Positions 1-25,300 of a DNA stretch of 64,000 bases are shown here, in pieces. The position numbers and the translations under genes are program-made. How positions within the stretch are numbered: the stretch's first letter is position 1; each line of letters begins with the position of its first letter. The stretch spans positions 1 to 64,000 of the forward strand of contig NIVC01000359.1 of NCBI GenBank assembly GCA_002269645.1. Reading direction: 5' to 3'. Under the pieces are notes generated by a model. That model saw nothing but the letters and a program-made list of their open reading frames with translations. It made no database searches and had not been told where the DNA came from. Source of the stretch: Macrostomum lignano (lineage: Eukaryota).

Positions 1-1179
1 TGAATTGAACGTTATTTATTTACATGGTGTTAGTCTATAATTCATAAAACCGAAGTTTAGTTATATAGATGTTGGTATTGCATGGTATTGTCCCTTGATA
101 AGCTTCCGATGCATGGCAGAAGCCTAGCATAATTGAATGTAATTATAATTTTATCATGAGCATCATAGCTCTTCCAATAAAAAGTATGTAACTTCCTAAA
201 ACTAAACCAAGCCACAAGAAGCCTAATGAAGCCAATTAAAGCCAATCTTGCATACGTATGAGCCAATTCGTATGATTCATAATAAAATACAAGCATCAAT
301 TTTCAACAATTGAACCGCAAGACCTCGTATTTGAATTGTAGAAATTCCAAGAAACACATGATGGTTCCTTAATACAAGGCAACGACTAATGTGACTGAGT
401 ATTGAGTAAGAGTAAGACGTATAAATAGGTAAATTAAATGATCCCATATTTTTTTTGTAAATATTTTACCAGCTTTTTATAAAGTTAACGTTACTTAATC
501 TCTTCCTTTAACCAGTTTATCCTTTAAACTATTTTTTAATGTGGCACCACAGTGAGGTGAGTAGTGACCAACTTTACTGGCACCCACTGTATCGATCTTT
601 TTAATAACATTTTTATTATCGGTTGGTTCATTGTATTAACATATTGAGCTAAAGGCCTAAAAACTGACTAGCAGCACTATGCTAATATATACAAAACCAA
701 TTTAACTTTATTCTTGAAGTCTTGCTTTAGTCTTTAGCTTTTAGCCTATTGCCTTTGCTTTAGCACCATGGGAGGGAATTGATTTTTTTCGCAGCTTTCA
801 GAAAAATTTGCAGGCAAATTTATTGTTATTTATATTCTAGTCATCATTTGCTAAGAGATAGAAATAGGCAGTTTTTTCTATTTATTTTTATGACAAATAC
901 TGAAATAGCTGCATAGTTCCCATAGTCTAGGTCATGCTGGGTGCATGACCAAACAAAAATTGAACAAATACAAATGCATGCCAATGCATGCCAAAAAAGT
1001 TTTGCATGCACGCTAGCTAATATTAAAAATATCTTTTACAATATTCTTGCCTAATGTTAATAATGCTTCCAGTTTTATACATGAGTATACCAAAGGAAGT
1101 TGAGAGAGAGAGTATTTTTAGTAGATAGTTTTAAAATAAGAAAAAATAAGACTTTTACATATTCCAGCCTATGCTATAT

Positions 1180-1878
1180 CAAGGTTGGCAAACTTTGGCT
1201 ACAAAGTCTCTCTATCTGGCCCTCTGAAACTTCATAATAGCAATTTGCCATAGTCCGGAAGGTGGCCTTTATGCTAGAAAATTCTGATATAACATGGTTG
1301 GCATACAAAAATAGCCAAGTTCAAGGCTAATGTAATTGTATAATTAAATATCAACAAACAAAAGCTCTTTTAAAAATAATCGGAAACTAAAATAAAAAAT
1401 ATTAATGCAATTTATGGGAAAAGCAAAGTTAAAACAAATAATATTAGTTTTCAGCAAAAAACAGCCATGCTAAGGTTTAGTAAAACTCTTTTATTTCAAA
1501 AAAAATATTTTTTTAAAAATTGGTATACAAACAACTCTGACCTTGGCATGAATTTCTTTTAATTTTATATTGGTATAAAATTGAAAAACATGAATTTTCT
1601 TTCTGGCATACACCTGCCATGATCCAGACTATGGGCAATCTGGCCTACGCAAGCTTGGCATCTCTTTTAAGTTCTCTCCTCTCTTTTCTCTGATCTCATC
1701 TCCTTATCTATCTTTTCCCCTCTTATATCTTCTCTCATCATGTCTTTTATCTCTTATCTTTTCTGTTATCTCTTTCTTCTCTCCTCCCATATTAACTTTT
1801 TTTCTATTCTCTTCTGGCCTGCAGCAATAATCTAGATTCCTTAACTGGCCCTTGAAGTAAAAAGTTTGCCAACCCATG
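1180..1878 (+). mobile_element. hAT-like non-autonomous element with CT-rich interior, interrupted by a MITE
   Basis: Left end CAAGGTTGGCAAACTT and right end ACTGGCCCTTGAAGTAAAAAGTTTGCCAACCCATG are imperfect inverted termini resembling hAT/Charlie-type ends. No clean TSD seen. A related left end occurs at 48853. Confidence 0.5.
1248..1634. mobile_element. 387-bp MITE, CCATAGTC-terminus family
   Basis: Imperfect TIRs CCATAGTCCGGAAGGTGGC / GCCATGATCCAGACTATGG, flanked by an 8-bp TSD GCAATTTG (1240-1247) / GCAATCTG (1635-1642). Confidence 0.75.
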
Positions 1879-1899
1879 GCGATGCTTATATATATGAAA

Positions 1900-4070
1900 G
1901 TAAAAAATCAAATAAAAATTGTTGATATATGGGCAGAGGGAGAATGCTTGCTTCCGCTTTTCAACAACCTTGCTAGTGTTGAGCTCTTTGCTGTGGATTG
2001 GAAAAAAAGGTTTTTAATGCTTTCAGACACCCTTGTCACTATCCCTGCTATAATATATTTTTGCTGCTTCATCTAGGAAGCACTTGCACAAGCTGCTGCC
2101 TAATGGTGGCAGCATCAATTTCAGCTAAAACGAGATTAGAAAAGATTAGGAGAGATAAAATGAGATTAAAATTTGTTTAACAATTTTTTCATAAAAAGTA
2201 TTCCTACCCAAGCCAACCCGATGTAGCACAAAATCAACACAGTGCACAGTGCATAGGCCTTCTGCCTAGCCAAGCTATAGACGCGTAGATCATTATAAAA
2301 TGATTGGTAGATGGCAGCTTCATCTACAATGGCAACAAACTACTTGCTGTCTCAAGTTTTGCCTGCTAGGCGCAGATTGAGATTGGCTAGATGCTGCAAA
2401 GGAGCGCACTTCAAACTAATGATCTCACTATAGACATCTGGACTTAGCCAACCCTTGTAGCCTTTTCCTGATAGGATGGTCTTGTGAACTGGAGTCAAAA
2501 CAAAGCTACATACACACGGTCATGCAGGTGCTCAAAACAGGAAGCCTGTTCAACAAGTTGGAGTGATGCAGCTGATGAAGTCAGCTCCTCAACATTGACA
2601 TCAACATCATTGGATGCCAAGATGCTGATAGCATTAGTGGCATCCATTGTCACGCAGTCCACCTTGTACTCACTCAGGCAATGCTGACTCGCGAGATGAA
2701 GCTCAATGCAGTTCATTGGCGAGATTGCAGATATCCACCTCAATATCCTATATGGGATTGGTTAAGGGAATAGTTATTAATTCAAACTTACAGTATTTTT
2801 TATGCAATACTGTAAGAGGCATAGCTTGCCACCTACCTGCTGTTTACGACAGTGCCAATGCACTAGACTGCCAGGACAACACTATCTGCCAGCAGCAGCT
2901 GCCAAAGCCTTACTGTCAGGAGCAACATTAATTAGCCAGCCCTCCAACAAGGTGATGCCATTGTATTCACCATCCAGTTTGATGTCATCAGCACATTTGT
3001 CGTACCGTGGGTAGTCTGACCTAATATTTTTTAATAAGTGGCAAAAGATTACCAGTTGATTTCATATTATAAAGTTGCATTATTCTCTATTCTTCCCATT
3101 TGTTATCAATCCTACCTTCAAAACATTTGCCTCAAATGTGCAAATTTTCAGCAACTGTTTCACAGTGAGTGGAAACCTTCCAATGTGGCAGATTGCTATC
3201 TTGCATGAGGGTCATAAAGGCATGTAGACGTGCAAACAGGTCCAGCAGGCACAGAAGCTCCATGACAAAATTGTTACCAAATAGCTTATATTGCAAGGTC
3301 TCGTTCACACTGCATTGTGGGTTTTCTGCACAGAATGCAGTGTGCAGCTTTCCATAAGAGGCAGCAATGGCATCCCACTGCTTGATGCTCAAACTTAAAA
3401 AGCGCTGCATTGCAAAGTTAGGTATAACTCGCATTGCACTGGAATCTTCTGACGCTTTCTGTAGAGTGGTAGACAATGACTGCTTAAATCTAACACACTT
3501 ATGAGCAAACTAAATTGAAAATGGTAGTAAACCCTATCTATCTCCAATGCAGCAAATCCATGGATATGCCAGAAAAGATGAGCAAAGTGATTTGCTTGCT
3601 TAATAAATACATGCAGCAACATACCTGCACTATCTTATACATTGGTCACGGTGACAAAATGGGCAGCATCCCAGAGAATTGGTACATGGACAACAGTGTT
3701 TCCGCAGGCAGCCAGAATTTCTTGGATTGCAGCTTTGAAAGGCTCAAAAGATTTTTTCTTCACTTCACTTTTCTTCACTTTCTAGTCATAGGCACATGCT
3801 TGGCACAATAAAAATAGTGGTTTATACTAGTAATAAAATTGTCAAACTTTATAATGTTCAACTTTATATAAACTCAATAGCACTTATTTTACTGTTTTAT
3901 TGCTCACTTAATAGTAGTTGATCTTGCTCTGATTTTTTTGGAGGTTTTGCTTCAAATCTAGAGGCTTTGATGGCAACATCTTTCTCTTCTTGCTGAGCTT
4001 GTTGCAGCTTGTCTAGGGCTCTTTGAACTTCCTGCTTGGCCTGGATACAACCAGCTTGAGCCTCCTTTTT
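1900..4070 (-). pseudogene. Degenerate DNA transposase remnant, probably hAT-like
   Basis: Several interrupted - strand frames (3132-3476 RVIPNFAMQRFLSLSIKQWDAIAASYGKL...NFVMELLCLLDLF; ~2900-3010 YPRYDKCADDIKLDGEYNGITLLEGWLI; 2495-2743) read as one protein broken by stops and frameshifts in AT-rich DNA. Family call from remembered resemblance only. Confidence 0.4.
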
Positions 4071-4321
4071 ATTCTGTATATCTTGCCTACTAAATTAATC
4101 AACTCTAGCTATTGCAGTTCCAAATGTTGAGTAGCATCTTACATATAAGAGTCACTTCTTTCCTATTTTACTTGTGTTACATGCAATGACTCTGGGGTGA
4201 CACAAGTGACGCTTCTTGGCCTAGGTATCGTTTTCATTGGGAAATTAAACAAATACAAAACAATTTATTGCCTTATAAATAAAGCAAGGCAAAGACTTTA
4301 CTATATGACATCAATGTACTA

Positions 4322-4931
4322 TACTGTCCATCAAAAGTTCCGGAACCCTTGCTACGATGTCTTCTAGCGGACATAATTTCAGTCCATTTCAATTGTAACT
4401 TGATTCAAATGAAAGCTGTGGATCTCAGCTCCATGATGTGGTCAAGAAAAAGTTTATTCGAAGGAGCGCGTGTGAACAGGCCAGTGTTATGTACATAAAG
4501 GTTAGAGAAAAAAAAGTGAGGAAAAGACAAACAAGCAATTGTCTATGGTTGCTGAGTCTATGGAGCAAACACACATGGGAAGGAATCGGTTTGCGCGCAG
4601 TGTTCAGCCTGGCTAACATTAGTCTATGGCCAAAACTTGTGTTGAAATCAACAGGCTCTTATGGATTCTTGTGCAGTCAGCTTTCATGGGAGAGTAAAAA
4701 AGAGTAAAAAACAATTGCTTGTTTGTCTTTTTCTCACTTTTTTTTCTCTAACCTTTATGTACATAACACTGGCCTGTTCACACGCGCTCCTTCGAATAAA
4801 CTTTTTCTTGACCACATCATGGAGCTGAGATCCACAGCTTTCATTTGAATCAAGTTACAATTGAAATGGACTGAAATTATGTCCGCTAGAAGACATCGTA
4901 GCAAGGGTTCCGGAACTTTTGACGGACAGTA
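4322..4931. mobile_element. 610-bp Tc1/mariner-type MITE with 221-bp TIRs
   Basis: 4322-4542 is the near-perfect reverse complement of 4711-4931. TA dinucleotides flank both ends (4320-4321, 4932-4933). Confidence 0.9.
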
Positions 4932-5001
4932 TATTAGGAATTTGTGCCTATATTTTAGGGCTTTGTACTGTTAAATTTACAAACAAACATACAAATTGCA
5001 G

Positions 5002-16049
<11,048 letters not shown>

Positions 16050-16428
16050 AACCCCCGTTGCCGCCAGCGGAGTCAGCGGGGCTGGCCATAGACTATCGAT
16101 TTTGTGCACAGCTGTATTGGACATTGCCTACTAGCTGGATTGACCAGCTTGCCTTGCTATATAAAAGTCTACACCTGTCTCCAAGTGCGGTCAGCGCTTA
16201 TACTCTTGTGGCTTATCCTGTGATCAGCCTTGCTAGCCTCGTAGACTACAAAAGTTATTTTATCGGCTGTTAGGAAGGCTTTTAAACTGCGTGCTATACT
16301 GGTGGCCGGTGCCGATTGACTTATAAATCAATTATAATTAACTTTAACTGTTTAGAATTTGGGCTTATGAATTCAATAAAACTGCGGCATGATCCAGCAT
16401 TGTGTCAATTGTATTACAGCGTACCCTT

Positions 16429-17200
<772 letters not shown>

Positions 17201-17889
17201 TGTCTGTCTGTCCGTCTCTATTTATCTTTCTCTATCTTCATCTACTTATCTTTGTATTTCTCTACATAGATACATCCACATATATATAGACACAATGCAA
17301 ATTCACCCCACTTTCAGTTGTATATGTCAAATTTTATCGCTATGCCGCGATTTTGTCTTGTCCGATTTCCTTTTTAAAAGGCCTTCCAATTATTAACATT
17401 ATTCTGAAAATTAGATCAGTAAAACTGTCTTTCTAACTATCTTATTTTTGCTTTATTCAGCTATTTTAGCAGATGCCACTTAGATTTCTACTGTTAGTAG
17501 CGCTTTAAGCGCGTGAAATCGATCAAGAGGACCAACTTATCACTTATTATTATTATTGCGTTGCAGTATCCAATTAACTGGGGTATGTTATTAAATAGTT
17601 AATGTCGACAACATTGCTCAAGTTTAACCCTGGTAAAATAGTGTAGTCTCAGATACTTATGGTTAAATTGTTATCAATACTGCTCCAGTATTTAATTCAA
17701 TTATTTTTTTCTCATAGTAGCCAAAAAATTTATCGTCAATGTTGTAAGTAATTACTTTTATTAATTACAAGCTGTTGTGTTGAGAACTGTGCCAAGCACA
17801 AATAGCGGACACAATGTGTTTGTCTACCAAATTCCTGTTTTTTATTGCCTGCCAGATTGAAGTATTGATAGCGTCACGAATAATTAATT

Positions 17890-19265
17890 TGGTCCCCAGA
17901 CCGCTTAGAGAATAGTCTCCAGACCGCTTAGAGACTAGTTTCCAGACCGCGTAGAGACTAGTTTCCAGACCGCTTAGAGACTAGTTTCCAGACCGCTTAG
18001 AGAATAGTCTCCAGACCGCTTAGAGACTAGTTTCCAGACCGCTTAGAGAATAGTCTCCAGACCGCTTAGAGACTAGTTTCCAGACCGCTTAGAGAATAGT
18101 CTCCAGACCGCTTAGAGAATAGTCTCCAGACCGCTTAGAGACTAGTTTCCAGACCGCTTAGAGAATAGTCTCCAGACCGCTTAGAGACTAGTTTCCAGAC
18201 CGCTTAGAGAATAGTCTCCAGACCGCTTAGAGACTAGTTTCCAGACCGCTTAGAGACTAGTTTCCAGACCGCTTAGAGAATAGTCTCCAGACCGCTTAGA
18301 GAATAGTCTCCAGACCGCTTAGAGACTAGTTTCCAGACCGCTTAGAGAATAGTCTCCAGACCGCTTAGAGACTAGTTTCCAGACCGCTTAGAGACTAGTT
18401 TCCAGACCGCTTAGAGAATAGTCTCCAGACCGCTTAGAGACTAGTCTCCAGACCGCTTAGAGAATAGTCTCCAGACCGCTTAGAGAATAGTCTCCAGACC
18501 GCTTAGAGACTAGTCTCCAGACCGCTTAGAGAATAGTCTCCAGACCGCTTAGAGACTAGTCTCCAGACTGCTTAGAGAATAGTCTCCAGACCGCTTAGAG
18601 ACTAGTCTCCAGACTGCTTAGAGAATAGTCTCCAGACCGCTTAGAGACTAGTCTCCAGACCGCTTAGAGACTAGTCTCCAGACTGCTTAGAGAATGATCC
18701 CCAGACCGCTTAGAGAATAGTCCCCAGACCGCTTAGACAAAGGTCCCCAGACTGCTTAGAGAATGATCCCCAGACCATTCTGACCGCTTGCAGAATTGTC
18801 CCTAGACCACTTGCATAATGGTCCCCAGAACGCTTAGAAATGGTTCCCAGACCGCTTACAGAATGGTCCCTAGACCGCTTACAGAATGGTCCCTAGATCG
18901 TTACAGAATGGTCCCTAGACCGCTTACAGAATGGTCCCTAGACCGCTTACAGAATGGTCCCTAGATCGTTGCAGAATGGTCCCTAGATCGTTACAGAATG
19001 GTCCCTAGATCGTTACAGAATGGTCCCTAGATCGTTACAGAATGGTCCCTAGACCGCTTACAGAATGGTCCCTAGACCGCTTACAGAATGGTCCCTAAAT
19101 CGCTTACAGAATGGTCCCTAAATCGTTACAGAATGGTTCCTAGACCACTTACAGAATGGTCCCTAGACCGCTTACAGAATGGTCCCTAGATCGTTACAGA
19201 ATGGTCCCTAGATCGTTACAGAATGGTCCCTAGATCGTTACAGAATTGTCCCTAGACCGCCTAGA
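17890..19265. repeat. 22-23-bp minisatellite with a polar gradient (CCAGACCGCTTAGAGAATAGTCT to CCCTAGACCGCTTACAGAATGGT)
   Basis: Tandem units whose consensus changes along the array. Confidence 0.95.
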
Positions 19266-19342
19266 GAATCTTGGATCGCTGTAAGGTCGATCCGCATGAG
19301 GCATAAGGCTGCCACAATGACACAATCCTGTACAATTTTCAG

Positions 19343-22300
19343 GCTCAGCAGCAGGTGCAAAATTTCTACCTGCAATTCTCCGGCCTAAGCGCCACCTCGG
19401 AGGCGTCGCTGGCCGGCCTGCCGCATTCCTACAGCGGCCTGCAGCTGGAGCTCACCGTCTGCTGCGGCAACTGTCGCCATTCCATTCGGCTGCTGGAAGC
19501 CACTCAATTCGGCATCCAAATTTCCATGTGTCTGCCGCCAGGCGGATGGGATTATTCTCTGCGCTATCGGCATCCCAGATTCCCGCATCGGACTGTCGTC
19601 ACCCGGGTCAGGCCGCTGACGCCGAGCCATCATTTTCACTTGTTGAGCACTTCGGTTAAAGACGAATCCGCGCTTCTCTGCGTCTCAGCCGCTGCCACCG
19701 ACGGTCGCTGGTCGGACTTCTGCAGCCAGCTGCTGGCCGGCTGCCGGCTGGCTGTCAACGCCGAGGGACTCGGCGAGTCGCTTCTTCACTTAGCGCTCGA
19801 CCTTCAATCGTCCTCGCCTTCGCCGTCGCCTCAATTGCCGCGCTTTCTTCGCTTGAAAGATCGCCAGCCAGCCTTGGCCACACTGTTTTTCTCCGCCATT
19901 CAGCCAAACCAACTCGGCATCCTTGCGGACACGGTCTGCAGCCTGGTCCAGCGTGCCAATATTGTTGTGGTGTTCGAAGCCAGCCATCTTGCTTCGGCAA
20001 TTCAAATTCTGACCGATAAAAATGCCAACAGGGATGCTGTCTGTCTGAAGCTGGTCCGGTTCGGCGTCGAATGGCTCGACTGGAGCGATGAAGCCTATGC
20101 GGATTCTGGATTGGCTAGCTTTGCAACCAGTGCAGCCTCAGTGCTGGCTGAGGCTGCTAATGTAACTGCCAACACTGGCAGCATTGACAATCCTTCAGCG
20201 TTATTGAATCACCTTCTGTCTCGGCTGGCCCAACGCTGGGGTCCCGTTTTGGCTGCGTACGATGCTGAGAATGCTAGCGGCATTGGCTGGGATGATGAAC
20301 CGCGATTGAGACCGCTGCGGAGTGTCTTTAATAGCCTACCTGACTTGTGAGCTCTGCTCTGTGCACTGATTAGGGAGTTAGTGCATCTCTTCACTCTGGA
20401 ACAGGCATCTCTTCACTCTGGAACAGGCATCTCTTCACTCTGGAACAGGCATCTCTTCACTCTGGAACAGGCATCTCTTCACTCTGGAACAGGCATCTTT
20501 TCACTCTGGAACAAGCATCTCTTCACTCTGGAAAAGGCATCTCTTCACTCTGGAACAGACAGCCAGTCTCGAACAGTCTGTTCCCTATTTTTCCCACCTA
20601 TTTGCAGCCGCATCCAAGTCAACTCCGGCGGTCGCTTGAACAGCTATCCAATTCTCAGCTACCGCAACCTTCTGCGCGCCTCGCTGCTCTCGCAAGTGTT
20701 CGCCCGCCACTTCCCGGATCTGTGGCGCCAAGGCGGCTCCCCAATGCAGCTTCTGCCCCGCCTGCTGTCTCTGTCCGAGCTGTGGCAGCCGCTGGACGAC
20801 TGTCTTCACTTCCGCGACCAGCTCGGAGCCGAATACGTGGATCAGCTGGCCGAGTTCTCTCGCCGTCTCGCCGATGGACTCCTGGAGCGGACGCTGAGCC
20901 TCGCCGAGTTCTGGCAACTGCGGGACAGCCTGAGTGGCCGCAGCTGGCCGGAACTGTGCCGCCTGCTGTCCTTCTTTGCCTGCCGCTCCAAGCCGCTGCC
21001 TGCTGACGCATCGGACAGAATCGGACAGCTGGACGCGCTGATGTCCGACCGACTGGCCGAGGACGAGGCCGCCTGCCGGTTGCTGCGGCGACTCGCCTTC
21101 GAGCCTCGGTGGCCAGTGGCTGGCGACCGCGGCGGTGACTGGGACCTACAGGCAGCCCTGGACGGCTGGCTGAACTCCCGGCCGAGAGTGGTCCTTGGCG
21201 AGCTGTGCAGCTTCAGCCTGCTCGAGGCTGTGACTGGCCAGCCTCTGCCAGACGGCTTGAAGCATCTTCTGGCCTCGCGTCTGTTCTTTGCTGTTGCCAG
21301 GCGACAGCTGCGGCAGGTGGGCAGCGACGGCTGCGGCGGCGGACTTCTCGGTCTTCTCACCCGAGCTCTGCGAGACTTCCAGGCCACTTTTGGAGCCGGT
21401 AAGATACTTTGAGGAAATAATAATCTCCTAGCTTTGATATAGGCTTACACCGTCTGTAGCTGGTGTTACAGTTCCATCTGTAGCTGGTGTTACAGTTCCG
21501 TCTGTAGCTGGTGTTACAGTTCCGTCTGTAGCTGGTGTTACAGTGCCGTCTGTAACTGGTGTTACAGTGCCGTCTGTAGCTGGTGTTACAGTGCCCTCTG
21601 TAGCTGGTGTTACAGTGCCCTCTGTAGCTGGTGTTACAGTGCTGTCTGTAGCTGGTGTTACAGTGCCCTCTGTAGCTGGTGTTACAGTTCCGTCTGTAGC
21701 TGGTGTTACAGTGCTGTCTGTAGCTGGTGTTACAGTGCCCTCTGTAGCTGGTGTTACAGTGCCGTCTGTAGCTGATGTTACAGTGCCGTCTGTAGCTGGT
21801 GTTACAGTGCCCTCTGTAGCTGGTGTTACAGTGCCGTCTGTAGCTGGTGTTACAGTGCCGTCTGTAGCTGGTGTTACAGTGCCCTCTGTAGCTGGTGTTA
21901 CAGTGCCCTCTGTAGCTGGTGTTACAGTGCCGTCTGTAGCTGGTGTTACAGTTCCGTCTGTAGCTGGTGTTACAGTGCCGTCTGTAGCTGGTGTTACAGT
22001 GCCGTCTGTAGCTGGTGTTACAGTGCCCTCTGTAGCTGGTGTTACAGTGCCGTCTGTAGCTGGTGTTACAGTGCCGTCTGTAGCTGGTATTATGAGAGCA
22101 TGGTAATCGTAACATCAAATCGTTGTTACCGTGTACTTTAAATTTTTATTGCACAATTATCACAAAGGCCTGCTGAACGCTCGCCTAAGCGCAAATGGCG
22201 ACGGCGACACCAACGGCGACGCCGCTGCGGAGGCCTGCGTCGAAGCTCTGGGCGGAGGCGCCGACGCAGACGCCGGCTGGTCGGCTGCTGTCGAGGAGGT

Positions 22301-25300
22301 CCGGCTGTGCAGGCTGTCGGTGGAGACGTCGCTTACGCCGCATCTGCTAACCAGGTGAACTTGCTGTTCTCGTGTGTTGAATGGGGGGGGTTAAGCTACC
22401 AGGCAGTTTTGATTTTGTCTTGAAGATTAGATTCGTTATTAAGATTTTTAGCGCGGGGGGCTTCGAAACAAAGGATTGATCTTATTTTATTTGAAATTGG
22501 AATTTAGTGGAAATTGTAGATTGGAGAATTTTATTTCGGGAATTGGGTTTTGGCAGCCGGGATTATTCTGGTTGGGATTTGGGCAATCGAAGTTATTGGA
22601 AGCAGGATTTTTAGTATCGGGATTTTGGGAATCGGGATTTTTGGAATCGGGATTTTTGGAATCGGGACTTTTGGAATTAGGATTTTTGGAATTGGGATTT
22701 TGGGAATTGAGATTTTTGGAATAGGGATTTTGGGAATTGGGATTTAGGGAATTGGGATTTAGGGAATTGGGATTTTGGAAATTGGAACTTTGGAAATTAG
22801 GATTTTTGGAATTACATGTAGGATTTTGGGAATCGGGACTTTTGGAATTGGGATTTTGGGAAAATGGGATTTCAGGATTTGGGATTTCAGGAATTGGGAT
22901 TTTGGGAATTGGGATTTGTGTATTGGGGTCTCGGAAACGGGGCTTCAAAAATGCAGTGTCTAATTTCCCAAATTTTTATCTAGTCAATTCAAGTGTTACA
23001 ATTGGTTAAGCGTCTAAAAATCAAAGGCCGTTTCTCCCGCCCCCGCTCTCACAGGCTAGCCCGCCACCGGCTCTGGCGCCAATTCGCCCGCCGCCTGTCC
23101 GACTGGCCCTGCCTGCCCGGCCCGGCCAGAGCCCCGGCCGAGGAGCTGGCCGGCAGTCCACCGGACGGCCTGACGATTCGCCAGTTCGACCGTCTGGTGG
23201 CCCGCCTGCTGCTGGGGCTCGGCTTCCTGGGCCCGGCTGGCTGGCGGCAGGCGCGCCAACTGCTGGTGCCGCCGCCGCTGCCCGCTGGCTTGGACGACTT
23301 CTTCGATAAGTGGATCAATCCGGAGGAAATGTGAGTAGCCTTAAACCTGCCTATAGTAGTATTGTCAATTGCGGGAGGGCTGCAGGCAACACCTTCCCGT
23401 AACCAGCCAGTGAGGCAATTCTGCCCATTTCTCTGACTCCTGAGAGCACACAAGCGCGCCAATACTGTACGCAGGCACTCATGCACACGCTCACACAGGG
23501 TGTACAGCGGACACTGACTTTCTAATCGTCAGGCATGGGGTTGGCCCATTTGAGCGGCTGTGAATCGCACGATAACCCACCGGTCAATTTACAAGTACTT
23601 AAGTCCCAGATTAATAAAATCGAACTAGGGATCGTACGAGGCTGCTATGCGGAAGCTGATAACTCGCTTTCCCTCGCACTTCAGCCTGGAGCCAGTCGAG
23701 CTCGAGCACAAGATCTCATTCAGACGATTGTCTCACTGCGTCAGCTGCGTACTGCTAATTGACTCGGTGAGTTTGCCAAACTCTGCTTTTGTTTTATTGG
23801 TAACCAATGTTTGTGCTTGCGTCTGATATTTAATCCCAATCAATGAAGTTGGTTTTCTCAAATTAACTACTTTTAGTGCTACCGTATTTTTCTATCAAAG
23901 TTTTTGAGCATGCACTTTAGCGAGTATTTGAGCGTGCACTTTAGCGAGTATTTGAGCGTGCACTTTAGCGAGTATTCAAGCATGCACTTTAGCGAGTATT
24001 TGAGCGTGCACTTTAGCGAGTATTTGAGCGTGCACTTTAGCGAGTATTTGAGCGAGCACTTTAGCGAGTATTTGAGCGTGCACCTTAGCGAGTATTTGGG
24101 CGTGCACTTTAGCGAGTATTTGAGCGAGCACTTTAGCGAGTATTTGAGCGTGACCTCTCATTCCATCTCCCTCAAAAAATCATTTGTACAGTGGGAGAAA
24201 AACAACACGGAGAGTCGTAGTTGCGTCTTGGAAGCAAAACTGGGCCAGTTTGGCCTGATTATGAAGACGCGGCCAGCTGCCAGCGCCAGCAGCGACAGCG
24301 GAGACGGCACGGCGCGGTTCGTGCTGCAGCTGAGCAACCTGGACGACTTGTTCCACGCCGAGCAGGACTGGAGCTTCCGCGTCCGCTGCCGTTTCGTCCT
24401 GCCGGGCGCCGAGATTTTCCCGGAGCCGCCGGCCGGCCCGCCCACCTCCTGCCGGCCGGACTGTCCGGTCCGCCGCCTGCCGCCCGGCGCATTCCAAGAC
24501 GGCGTCCTCGACCGCCTGGCGCCGTCCGACTGGCTGAGGCTGAGCCGCTCCTGCGTATGCTTTCGCCGGCTCGTTTCCTGGCGACCGCGGCTCGGCCTGC
24601 GACTTCGCCAGCTGGACTTTGCCGACAGCGGCGACTCCCTTGACGACAGCGGCGAGCGGCAGCAGGAGGAAGACGAGCTGCAGCAGTTCCTGCGCTGTCT
24701 GGGCTCTGCGTCTGACCTCCGCAGCCTGTCAGTTACCAAGGCAACGCCGCCCGGCCTGAGCCTGGCGCTGTCGCGCATCGCCCGCTGCCTGCCAGCGCTG
24801 ACGGAGCTGCGCCTGCCGGTGTGTCCGTCGCCTCTCGACTGCCTGCTGGCTGGCGACAGTCTGCGGTGCCTGACGGTGCTGCACTTGGCTGACCCCGACA
24901 GCCGGCTGCCCAGGGGCTGGCGGAGAAGCTCGCGGCAGGCCGTCAAGCGGTTCAACGACCAGGTGAGTTAGAGACGCGCTGCTGTGATACACAGTCAGAA
25001 AGATACTCGGTGTCCGTCTTGGGGTATGGACATCCTGTTAGCTACAGACATCCTGTTAGCTACAGACATCCGGTTAGCTACAGACATCCGGTTAGCTACA
25101 GACATCCTGTTAGCTACAGAAATCCGGTTAGCTACAGACATCCTGTTAGCTACAGACATCCGGTTAGCTACAGACATCCTGTTAGCTACAGACATCCTGT
25201 TAGCTACAGACATCCGGTTAGCTACAGACATCCTGTTAGCTACAGACATCCTGTTAGCTACAGACATCCGGTTAGCTACAGACATCCGGTTAGCTACAGA

